Translations under genes and position numbers: made by a program
Shown here: positions 8,155-16,193 of the stretch, piece after piece
How positions within the stretch are numbered: the stretch's first letter is position 1
Layout: each line of letters opens with the position of its first letter
Assembly (NCBI GenBank): GCA_037916085.1
Contig: JBAIYC010000107.1
Location: forward strand, 1-60,825
DNA: 60,825 bases
From: Nitrospirota bacterium
Lineage (GTDB): Bacteria; Nitrospirota; UBA9217
Reading direction: 5' to 3'
Notes under the pieces: generated by a model
What the model saw: only the letters and a program-made list of their open reading frames with translations
Told to the model about the DNA's origin: nothing
Database searches by the model: none

Positions 8155-10035
8155 CTAGAAGGGTCGGGACAATTTCGTGAAGATATACTGCTCCGTCGTG
8201 TCCGGACTGTTGCTCGTCCTCCACTCCCGCAGGCGATATTCGAGCGAAAGATAGATCATCCGGATTCGGTAGTTCAGCCATGTCCGGAACTCATCCTGGG
8301 TGTAGCGCGTGTTCACTGCCAATTCCGTGACGCGGTAATCATGCCTCAGGTTAATATGGTAATCAAGCTGACGCGTAAAGTTATAATTAAACAATGCTGA
8401 TGCATAGAAGTCGAGGTCATCGGACGAAGAGTTGAGCGGAGCCCCCAGCGTGGACAGGGTCTGGAATTGCGACGTGTACCTGCTGCGCGTTGCGCCTCCG
8501 CTGAAGATAAGATAGTCCGTAGGCGTATAGTCCGCATTCACGTTGTAGGAGAACTGACGCCGCGACTGCTGACTGTTTGCCACGAGGGCCGTAAAATTGT
8601 TCGGCACATTGGAGGACGTCGTCGAGTTCGTATAGTTCGCGGTCAGTCCGATGACCACCTTCGTGATCCGCCTCGTTGAGAGCGACGCGATGAACGAATT
8701 CTGCTTCAAGTCGATCGCCGCGGGAGAACTGTCCCTCCTGTTCGAGAACCGGTAGTCCAGGGTGAGGTTCTCGTTGACCCAGCCATTGCTGAGCACGCCG
8801 AGGGCCAGATTATTTCCGTAGATCGTACCGTTGCCTGCAACGGCCGCTGAAGTCGAGGACGCGTGCGAGAATCCGCTGAAGAAGTCATAGTCCGTATGGA
8901 ACAGGAAAGGCCTCATGAATTCCGGCGCATAGATCTTGCTGTAAGCCGCGCCGACATCCGCGCTCCCCGTTGTGATCTTGTAGTCCTGCTCGGGAGCAGT
9001 GAAGGTGGCAAACTGGACGTAATCGCTCTCGCCGTAATTCAGGCCTGCGAACAGCCGAAGCGATTCATCCACGCGGTACCAGATCTTCGCCCCGCCGTTC
9101 TGCGCGTCCTGGCTGGCAACCGGGTTCCGGAGCGAAGAAACATTGTACCAGTAATTCTGCGCTATTCTGTCCACCTCTGCCACATTGTAAGTGAAACCCA
9201 GGGCATTCGATTTTTCCTCCTGGAGGAAGCCGGTTATGTTGTTCGTATCTCGTTGATAGAGGCGGCCGGTCACGTTGAAATCGCTTCTGGGAGTGACCAG
9301 CCAGGTTGCCAGGAGATCCCCTGACTTCGTGTCATAGGACTGGTTCAGTGCGCCGTCATTGTACTTTTCGAGACCAGCGTTCATGTTGACCGTGAGGTTC
9401 TCGGCAAGTTTGTAGACGAGCACACCCTTCGTCTCATCGCGCGTTTCTGACTGAGGATATACTGGGCTCGTCGAATCGGCCTCCGTATGCCTCTGCTCGA
9501 GCGTTATGAACGGGAGCGGAAACGGGCCTGACGAGCGATTGCGGAAATTGTTGCCGTTGTTGTTATTGTTGTTGTTGTTCCCGTTGCCGCCGGGACGCGC
9601 GAGATCGAGTGCGGCCTTTGCCGCGTAGGTCGTCGTCGTAAGATCGTATTGCACCGAGCCGACAGGACTTACCGTCGACGTTGTCTTTGCCGCGTCAACC
9701 CCGAAGCTGTACTTCATGCCTGTGAAGAAATCGGCAGCGACGTTGTAGGAGAGAACATCGGTATTCGCACTTCCACTGTGCGTGGTAATAGCGTATCCTA
9801 TGCCGCCTCTCACCACAACGAGCCGGGGATCGAACACAAATGTCTCGGCCGATATCGAGTAGGACTGGACAAATTCGCTCCATGAGGTCTTCTGTTGGCC
9901 GACCTTTGTTTCGTAATCACGATAGGCGAATTCCACAAGGCCGGAAACGGTATAGGCATGTACGGTCCCTGCCAGGACGAGCATGACGATGGCTGAAACT
10001 GTCAGGAATATTATATACTTATATCGCAGGGACAC
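8155..10035 (-). CDS. Predicted outer-membrane beta-barrel protein with an internal Asn/Gly tract
   Basis: 626 aa. Signal peptide (...LAGTVHA/YT), alternating beta-strand-like pattern rich in Y/T/S/N, and a C-terminal ...KLSRPF ending in Phe, the typical OMP terminus. Confidence 0.6.
   Translation of the reverse strand: MSLRYKYIIFLTVSAIVMLVLAGTVHAYTVSGLVEFAYRDYETKVGQQKTSWSEFVQSYSISAETFVFDPRLVVVRGGIGYAITTHSGSANTDVLSYNVAADFFTGMKYSFGVDAAKTTSTVSPVGSVQYDLTTTTYAAKAALDLARPGGNGNNNNNNNNGNNFRNRSSGPFPLPFITLEQRHTEADSTSPVYPQSETRDETKGVLVYKLAENLTVNMNAGLEKYNDGALNQSYDTKSGDLLATWLVTPRSDFNVTGRLYQRDTNNITGFLQEEKSNALGFTYNVAEVDRIAQNYWYNVSSLRNPVASQDAQNGGAKIWYRVDESLRLFAGLNYGESDYVQFATFTAPEQDYKITTGSADVGAAYSKIYAPEFMRPFLFHTDYDFFSGFSHASSTSAAVAGNGTIYGNNLALGVLSNGWVNENLTLDYRFSNRRDSSPAAIDLKQNSFIASLSTRRITKVVIGLTANYTNSTTSSNVPNNFTALVANSQQSRRQFSYNVNADYTPTDYLIFSGGATRSRYTSQFQTLSTLGAPLNSSSDDLDFYASALFNYNFTRQLDYHINLRHDYRVTELAVNTRYTQDEFRTWLNYRIRMIYLSLEYRLREWRTSNSPDTTEQYIFTKLSRPF
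9547..9591 (-). repeat. In-frame AAC/AAT trinucleotide run encoding GGNGNNNNNNNNGNN
   Basis: Plus strand reads att gtt gcc (gtt)3 att (gtt)4 ccc gtt gcc gcc, in the reading frame of the beta-barrel gene. Confidence 0.9.
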
Positions 10036-10151
10036 AGGCTGGAGGCGTCCTTAGTAATTTTGCGTAAAAATACTGTGACGGACCATGCAAATTCCCTGCC
10101 TCTCGCATGTAAAATATTATTGAATAGATTCAATATGTTAATTGATAACTA

Positions 10152-10186
10152 AGAAAAAAAAGAGCGTTTTTTGAGTAAAAACGCTC
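10152..10186 (-). terminator. Rho-independent terminator downstream of the PPIase gene
   Basis: Stem GAGCGTTTTT/AAAAACGCTC (10 bp, 5-nt loop) at 10162-10186. On the minus strand it is followed by a run of T (plus-strand A-run 10152-10161). Confidence 0.7.
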
Positions 10187-10248
10187 ACGGGTGAGTATTA
10201 ATAAACAGGGGGGGGAATACCGGCTCTCTGTCTATATAAAATTGAAAT

Positions 10249-11169
10249 CTATGGTCTTTTTGATGTTATCTCTATTCTTGATTTCGCCTTGAGCTCTTCC
10301 AGCCATTTGGCCATTAACTCATTCGAGCGCTTGCTTTCCAGATCGGCCCTGAGTTTGTCCTTCACTTCTTCAAAGGGCAAATCCCGCTCGGGAGACTTGT
10401 CCTCGACCTTGATGATGAACCATGTACCGTTTCCCTGCCCTTGCACTGGTCCTCCCACGGCCCCATTCGGGAGTTTCCATGCCAGGTTCTCGATCTCGGG
10501 GATGAACCTCCCTTTATGGACATAGCCGGTGTCGCCCCCCATGATACGGTAATTATCCTCAGACATCTTGGCGGCGACGCTCCCGAAATCCTCACCCGCC
10601 CTGATCTTCTCGTAAGCCTCTCTTGCCTTGCTTTCCTCTTTCACTGATATAACCCTCAGGCGGACCCTTTCGGGCTGCCGGAACTTGCTCCGGTTCTTCT
10701 CGTAGTACTCCTTGAGGGCCTCGTCGGCCATGCGGGAAGGCTCGACCACGGTCTTCTGCGTCAGCTGATAGACAAGAACTTCCTTCTCGACCTGCTGCCG
10801 GAGCGTGGACTCGGTCATCCCGGCGCGTTTGAGCGCCTTCTCGTAGTCGCTCTTCGCATTGAACTGGCCACGGATCGCAGCCATCTGCTCCTTGACCATC
10901 TTCGTATCGAGCTTGACCCCTTTGGCCGTTGCGTCCTGATAGCGAAGCTCCATGCTGATCAGGTCATCCAGCGCCTTGTCGCGCAGTTCGGCGCGCTTCT
11001 CCTCCGATACCTCACCGTGAAAAGAAATGCGAGGGATGAGCCTGTCTATCGCCTGTTCCAGCTCCGATGCTTTTATCGGAACGCCGTTCACCGTGGCGAC
11101 GATAGCCTCTTCGGCAGAAAGGGTCACCGCCGATAAGATCAGCGCCGCGCACACGATCATCCGCGTCAT
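10249..11169 (-). CDS. SurA/PrsA-like periplasmic chaperone with a parvulin-type peptidyl-prolyl isomerase domain
   Basis: 306 aa with a signal peptide. SurA-like helical N-domain, then a parvulin-like segment (...RVISVKE...GGDTGYVHKGRFIPEIENLAWKLPNGAVGGPV...WFIIKVEDK). Confidence 0.8.
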   Translation of the reverse strand: MTRMIVCAALILSAVTLSAEEAIVATVNGVPIKASELEQAIDRLIPRISFHGEVSEEKRAELRDKALDDLISMELRYQDATAKGVKLDTKMVKEQMAAIRGQFNAKSDYEKALKRAGMTESTLRQQVEKEVLVYQLTQKTVVEPSRMADEALKEYYEKNRSKFRQPERVRLRVISVKEESKAREAYEKIRAGEDFGSVAAKMSEDNYRIMGGDTGYVHKGRFIPEIENLAWKLPNGAVGGPVQGQGNGTWFIIKVEDKSPERDLPFEEVKDKLRADLESKRSNELMAKWLEELKAKSRIEITSKRP

Positions 11170-11200
11170 CTGAGGCTCCTTGGCTACGAAATGTCCTTGG

Positions 11201-12283
11201 TCAGGGGGCTGCAGTGCCCGGACCAGGGTTCATGTAGACCTTGTACTGATCAGGATGCTCGCGCTTCCACGATTCGCTCAGGTACTGATAGATATTAACG
11301 CGGTTGTTCAGCGAATCGGCCACATAGATCCTGTCCTGGCTGTCGATGAAGAGGCCCGCTGGCAGCTCAAAGTATCCGGGGTACGTGCCGGCAGACCCGA
11401 ACCACATAAGCAGCTGCCCTTCCTCGGTGAATAGCTGGATGTTGCTGAAGGCGTAATCGGAAACATAGAGGTGGCCCTCGCTGTCGAAAGCGACCCCCTT
11501 GGGCCTTGAGAACATGCCAGGAAGATCCCCCAGCTCACCGATGGTACGGATGAACTTTCCGTCCTGGTCGAATATCTGGACGCGGAAGTTCTGCGTGTCA
11601 GCGATGGCGAGGTTCCCGGTCTTGGGGCTCACCGCGACAGTGGAGGGGAAGAAGAAGCGGCCGGGTTCCTTCCCTTGCGCGCCGAACTTGAACAGGAGCT
11701 TCCCGTCCGGAGCAAAGACCTTCACGTCATGCGCCTTGCTGTCCACGACGTACAGCCGCGTATGGTCCGCGTTGAACGCTATGCCGGCGGGGTTCCTGAG
11801 ATCGTCATTCCTGCCGAAGGCGGACTTGAAATTGCCGTCCGGGCCGAACGTAAAGATCGCCTTCGCCGAAGCGTCCGAAACGTAGATCGTTCCGTCAGGC
11901 AGCCCTGCCAGCCCGAGCGGCAGCACGATCTTTACTTTGCCCCAGTCGTTCAGCTTCGCATACTTGCGCGCCTTCACGTCGAGGATAGCGACCGAGGCGT
12001 TGCCCGTGAGGGCGACATAGATCCGGTCGCCCGCGACATAGACGGCTGCCGGTTTGGACAAAGAGGATTGAGGTGGCGAACCGAAGAGGATCTCGAAGAA
12101 CGTAGGCTGATAGAAATCGATGGCTCCGTGGTAGGCGGCGATGTAGGCGATGCGCGGTTCTTCCGGCTGATCTGGCCAGACCATGGGGCCCGTCGGGCCG
12201 GCGGCCGGCTTCTTGGGCGCGCATCCGATAAAGGGAAGGACCAGCAGGGTGGCCACGCAGACCAATGCGATCTTCTTCAGCAT
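11201..12283 (-). CDS. NHL-repeat beta-propeller lipoprotein
   Basis: Start moved to the ATG at 12283 (GGAGAGGGG RBS). This gives MLKKIALVCVATLLVLPFIGC with a lipobox. Repeated NHL units follow (PAGIAFNADHTRLYVVDSKAHDVKVF, PSTVAVSPKTGNLAIADTQNFRVQIF, PKGVAFDSEGHLYVSD, IYVADSLNNRVNIY). Confidence 0.75.
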   Translation of the reverse strand: MLKKIALVCVATLLVLPFIGCAPKKPAAGPTGPMVWPDQPEEPRIAYIAAYHGAIDFYQPTFFEILFGSPPQSSLSKPAAVYVAGDRIYVALTGNASVAILDVKARKYAKLNDWGKVKIVLPLGLAGLPDGTIYVSDASAKAIFTFGPDGNFKSAFGRNDDLRNPAGIAFNADHTRLYVVDSKAHDVKVFAPDGKLLFKFGAQGKEPGRFFFPSTVAVSPKTGNLAIADTQNFRVQIFDQDGKFIRTIGELGDLPGMFSRPKGVAFDSEGHLYVSDYAFSNIQLFTEEGQLLMWFGSAGTYPGYFELPAGLFIDSQDRIYVADSLNNRVNIYQYLSESWKREHPDQYKVYMNPGPGTAAP

Positions 12284-12556
12284 TTCCCCTCTCCTGTTCA
12301 GCGTGAGCGATGGATTTAGAAGACAGTTATAGTACCGGCACAAAATAGCATAGTGGGGATGTCACTGTCAATCAATCTCCGCCGGACCTTTCGGCCGAGG
12401 GCCAAGAAAGAACCATCTGCGGAAAAACTGCTTCATCGAGATTGTACTGTTCAGATTATCACAACACGAGAAGCGAAAGATCGCCTCTTCCAAATAGAAG
12501 CAAGAGACCGTTCAGTTCGCCCAAGGCAATCATCAGGGTTGCTCCAGGTTCGAGGA

Positions 12557-12589
12557 AGAAAAAAAATAGAGGGGCGAAAGCGCCCCTCT
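12557..12589 (-). terminator. Strong Rho-independent terminator after the cytochrome gene
   Basis: Minus strand reads AGAGGGGCG-CTTT-CGCCCCTCT followed by T(9-10). Confidence 0.8.
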
Positions 12590-12619
12590 ATACTCGGAAC
12601 CGATACCCACCAGGCTAGA

Positions 12620-13255
12620 TTACTTCACGTGGCAGTCCAGGCAGAGCGCCGAACCGGCGTTCGAAATGCGGAGCAGGTTCGGAATACCCGCGGCAGTCCC
12701 ATGGACCGCATGGCAGACCGAGCACTCCACCTGATTATTATTACCGGCATACGGTACCGCCAGCTGCGTGGGAGCCTTGTAAGTGCCGTCCGGCTTGGCC
12801 GTCGGGATCGCCATGCCGATCGGATGGTCGTTCGTCAGCGACGCAGCATCGCCGGCGATTTCATAGAGGGTATCCGTAATTTTGGTAACGGTACCGTTGA
12901 ACGGGGAACCGTTTGAGTTCCGGAGCGCGTTGATCGAAGTGAAACCGTCATGACAGCTGAAGCAGACCTGAGATCCCGGGCCGCCGGTCGTCGGCGAGCT
13001 GCTCAGCGTACCGGAGCTATAGGCCGTGAAACCGGTGGTCGAACCCGCATAACGGTTCCAGAGCGGCTGGCCGGCAGCCTGCGTCCCGCCGTGCGGGGTG
13101 TGGCAATAGATGCAGATTTCGTCCAGGTCACCCTTCACGCTGTTCGTGCCGCTGCTTCTCAGGTTGTGTTTCGTGTTCGCGATCGCCGCATCGGCGACCT
13201 GTGCCGTAACGATCGCCAGAGCGATCATTACGAGAACTGCCAAAAGCTTCTTCAT
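12620..13255 (-). CDS. Secreted tetrahaem c-type cytochrome (doubled-CXXCH type)
   Basis: 211 aa. Signal peptide ends ...AQVADA/A. Four CXXCH motifs: CIYCH, CFSCH, CSVCH, CLDCH. Four additional His (TKH, TPH, NDH, AVH) are enough for bis-His ligation. AAGGAGG RBS 8 nt upstream. Confidence 0.9.
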   Translation of the reverse strand: MKKLLAVLVMIALAIVTAQVADAAIANTKHNLRSSGTNSVKGDLDEICIYCHTPHGGTQAAGQPLWNRYAGSTTGFTAYSSGTLSSSPTTGGPGSQVCFSCHDGFTSINALRNSNGSPFNGTVTKITDTLYEIAGDAASLTNDHPIGMAIPTAKPDGTYKAPTQLAVPYAGNNNQVECSVCHAVHGTAAGIPNLLRISNAGSALCLDCHVK

Positions 13256-13463
13256 CTTCGTATTCCTCCTTCTTGAAAATGTTTGTATTTAAATCACTAA
13301 ACCTAGTTCTCAGTCCCTCGAATCTTCTAGTAAAGAGGGTTCTTTCCGTGGAAAACAACCGAACTACCCGACCACGGTGTTCCTGTGTTCCCACAGGCAA
13401 CCTCTGTCCCCCTTTCTGCGAAAAGATGAATCCCTAAGCTATTCCTTTGGATATATAGAAAAC

Positions 13464-13555
13464 ATTATAACAAAACGCTATCGTCGACATCCGAGGACAC
13501 AATAAGCAATTAGAATGCCATATTATAAGTTACTGATAAATAATAATTAATTATT
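13464..13555 (-). promoter_or_regulatory. A/T-rich promoter/operator region upstream of the cytochrome gene
   Basis: On the minus strand there is an extended -10 TGTTATAAT (plus 13464-13472) and a second TATAAT (plus 13522-13527). The second one's -35 position overlaps a perfect 14-bp palindrome AATAATTAATTATT (13542-13555). Confidence 0.35.
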
Positions 13556-13670
13556 CTTAAGTCTATTACATACAGACGTCTTGAATGAGCATTTACGCGC
13601 AGAGTGTTGGAATATGCACATCGTTGGAATATGATGCTTTCTTCAATCCTGCGGCTTCTAGACTCGCCAG

Positions 13671-14480
13671 TCACTTGGGGATGCCTGCCGAGCCCATTCT
13701 TGCCTTTAGAGACTGGAGAAGCTGCTGCCCGGCCTGGACGAACCGCGGGTCCCGCTCCAGGGAGAGGAATGCTGATGCATACTGAGCCGACCGCTGGTAA
13801 TCCCCGGCCCTCTCCAGCGCCAGCGCGGCGTTCCAGTACCCGCGAGAATCTTCCGGGCGGAACTGGACATATCGCATAAAGTACTCGGCCGCCTTCGCCG
13901 GCTGTCCCAGGGTGAGATAGACCTCGCCCGAGGTATTCATGGGCTCCGGCATGTAGGGATTGCTCTGCACGGCCTGAAGCGCGTAGGAAAGCGCCTCATC
14001 AGGCCTCTTCTGCCGCAGCAGTGCAAGAGAGATATTGTTCATCAAGCCCGCATCCATCGGCGCGTAGACCAGCCCTTTCTTCCAGGCGATGATTGACTCG
14101 TCGACGAGCCCCAGGCGGAAATAGACGACGCCGACCTCGCGATAGACATCGCGGAAGGGAACGCTCTGGTCCGTATCGGGCAGGGAAAGGACCGTGTTCA
14201 GCTGTTTGAGCGCCTCATCCAGTCTTCCGGCGGAGGAAAGTGCCTGGCCGTAGTTCTCGTGAGTGCGCTTCTTGTTGGGTGAGCTCTTAACCGCGGAGTG
14301 CCATAGGGAAACGGGGTCATGGTAGATCCTGTTCCGCGCGGCCGTTGCCGCTGTCAGCCCCAGAAGGCAGACGATCAGGATCGACAGGCCGATCATGGGG
14401 AACGGCGCGGCTCCCGAGCGTTCCACTGCCTTGTCCGTACGAAGCGCCTCACGTCCCGGCTGCTGTTTTGGTCTCGCCAT
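13671..14480 (-). CDS. Membrane-anchored TPR-repeat protein
   Basis: 269 aa with one N-terminal TM, followed by TPR-like repeats (...ENYGQALSSAGRLDEAL..., ...WNAALALERAGDYQRS...). Confidence 0.7.
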   Translation of the reverse strand: MARPKQQPGREALRTDKAVERSGAAPFPMIGLSILIVCLLGLTAATAARNRIYHDPVSLWHSAVKSSPNKKRTHENYGQALSSAGRLDEALKQLNTVLSLPDTDQSVPFRDVYREVGVVYFRLGLVDESIIAWKKGLVYAPMDAGLMNNISLALLRQKRPDEALSYALQAVQSNPYMPEPMNTSGEVYLTLGQPAKAAEYFMRYVQFRPEDSRGYWNAALALERAGDYQRSAQYASAFLSLERDPRFVQAGQQLLQSLKARMGSAGIPK

Positions 14481-14553
14481 AGCTGCTGTTCCTGCTCCTT
14501 CCGAGCGGGCAGTTCCCGCTCCTCAATTGACCGCCTCCGGCAGTAGGGCCTCT

Positions 14554-15642
14554 TTAACGCGAGGTCAAGCGCACGACCTCCGTGCCGGGATAATAATATG
14601 CAAGAATGGCCTTGAAGTCAAACCCCTTCAGCGCGAGCATCTTCGCTCCCCACTGGCAGAGCCCAACGCCGTGGCCCAGCCCCCTCCCGGAAAAGACGAC
14701 CTCGCCGCCGATGAGTTCCGGCTCGAAAAAGATGCTGGGGATCTCGGAATAGCCGAGCGCCGCGCGAAGCGCCTCCGAAGGCACCGAGGTCCTGCCGCCG
14801 GCGTGAGAGAACACCACGTCCTTCACGCGGCCTGCTGCAGTCAGCTCGCCGATCTCGACGCCACGGATGCCGCTGATGCGGTACCCCTGGCGGCGCAGCG
14901 CGCCGGCCACGGTCGCTGCGGTGAATCGCTTTTCCCAGACACCATATCGGGAGATCTCCGGGCAATCGCAATCGACCCCCTTGAGATAGGGCGCATCGAG
15001 TCCCCAGAGAACGGCGGCATCCTCGGTGTGCCCGCCGCAACTCGAATGGAAGAAAGCCGGGATGACATGCCCCTCGTACGTGACCACCATCCCCGCCGTG
15101 CTCTCGACGGCCTGCGTCGACAGGTCCCGTTCCGCGCTTTTCCCCAGGTATACCTGGCTGTCAACGGTGGCGCGGATATGGTAGGGCCGTCTGCCCGCCT
15201 CCCCTTTCTGGTACAGCGCATAGGAACGTGACGCCACTGCCTGTGCCTTGACCGCTTCTGTTTCCCAGTCAAAAGGGATCTCCGCAGGGATCACACCTTT
15301 GAGGTAATCTTCGATGTCCACATCATTGATCACCATGAGCTTCCCGCCGGCCTTCCGACGGACCTCGACCGCGCCGCGGTATGCCCTTCCATTCACACGG
15401 ACGATGCCGTCCTTCGATACAAGACGCACGGCGCGACCGTTCGGCACCGCTGCCGAACGGATGACTCGTTTTTCGGTGCCTCCCGCCTTCGTACGGCCCG
15501 CGTCACGGGAAACCTCGACCGTGACCGACTGCCGGCTGTCGGCGATCAACACTCTGATGTCCTCTCCCGCTGCTCGGCCCGCTGGGCCGAGGACCGCGAT
15601 GCCGAGCACAAGCGAAAGGCAGCTCACGACCCTGTTCTTCAT
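14554..15642 (-). CDS. SpoIID/LytB domain protein (peptidoglycan-remodelling amidase enhancer/lytic transglycosylase family)
   Basis: 362 aa with a signal peptide. Motifs ...AQAVASRSYAL..., FHSSCGGHTEDA and GHGVGLCQWGA. Its ATGA start/stop overlaps the upstream TPR gene. Confidence 0.85.
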   Translation of the reverse strand: MKNRVVSCLSLVLGIAVLGPAGRAAGEDIRVLIADSRQSVTVEVSRDAGRTKAGGTEKRVIRSAAVPNGRAVRLVSKDGIVRVNGRAYRGAVEVRRKAGGKLMVINDVDIEDYLKGVIPAEIPFDWETEAVKAQAVASRSYALYQKGEAGRRPYHIRATVDSQVYLGKSAERDLSTQAVESTAGMVVTYEGHVIPAFFHSSCGGHTEDAAVLWGLDAPYLKGVDCDCPEISRYGVWEKRFTAATVAGALRRQGYRISGIRGVEIGELTAAGRVKDVVFSHAGGRTSVPSEALRAALGYSEIPSIFFEPELIGGEVVFSGRGLGHGVGLCQWGAKMLALKGFDFKAILAYYYPGTEVVRLTSR

Positions 15643-16160
15643 GGATTCCGCAGCCTTTGCAATCTCAACTCCGCCTGCCGGAGAGACTCATCGGACTGCC
15701 CCTGACCCCTGCCCAGGAACTGCTCATAGTGCTCTATCGCCTGAGCCTTCTTGCCGAGCGATTCCGACACGAGGGCAAGGTTGTAATGAGCCTCCGCGTT
15801 GTCAGGCTCGGATGTCACTGCGAGGATGAAGTAGTTCTCCGCTTCCCCAAGGAGCCCCGACAGGAGACAAACATTGCCCAGCTGGTTGTAGGCCATCGAA
15901 TACCGGGGATCAATCCGGACGGCACGCCGCCATTCAGCTACCGCGCTCCCCACGTCGCCAACCTCCCGGAAGGCATTGCCCAGATTGTAGTGGACACGGG
16001 CCTTTCCCGGAGCGCGGGAGACAGCGACGGACCAGAGGATAAGGGGATCATGATACGACATGTTCCTCATGATCGTTGCCCCCAGGAGCAGGAGGCATCC
16101 GAAAAGCACCGGAATGAACCTCGCGGCTCCGACACGCATGTTCAGTGAAGGACTGTTCAT
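15639..16160 (-). CDS. Membrane-anchored TPR-repeat protein
   Basis: 173 aa. One TM, then TPR units (HYNLGNAFREVGDVGSAVAEW..., AHYNLALVSESLGKKAQAIEHY). Confidence 0.7.
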   Translation of the reverse strand: MNSPSLNMRVGAARFIPVLFGCLLLLGATIMRNMSYHDPLILWSVAVSRAPGKARVHYNLGNAFREVGDVGSAVAEWRRAVRIDPRYSMAYNQLGNVCLLSGLLGEAENYFILAVTSEPDNAEAHYNLALVSESLGKKAQAIEHYEQFLGRGQGQSDESLRQAELRLQRLRNP

Positions 16161-16193
16161 AGACAGTGGAGGATCATCCGGCGCCGGCAGCGA

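Noticed and set aside
9547-9591. Asn-codon microsatellite as an on/off phase-variation switch.
   Set aside because: The repeat unit is a trinucleotide in frame, so slippage changes length only and cannot cause a frameshift.
12353-12916. 187-aa plus-strand ORF spanning the NHL-cytochrome spacer and running into the cytochrome gene.
   Set aside because: It crosses a strong terminator hairpin and then runs antisense to the cytochrome. Its composition is basic and low-complexity, and it has no RBS.
13256-13463. Possible c-di-GMP/cGAMP (GEMM-type) riboswitch in the cytochrome leader, because such riboswitches often precede cytochrome genes.
   Set aside because: I could not find the conserved GEMM-I core as I remember it (GCAAA-type receptor segments, ACGCAAAGC...CCGG). 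Only generic hairpins are present. The region is kept as an unexplained leader, not called as a riboswitch.
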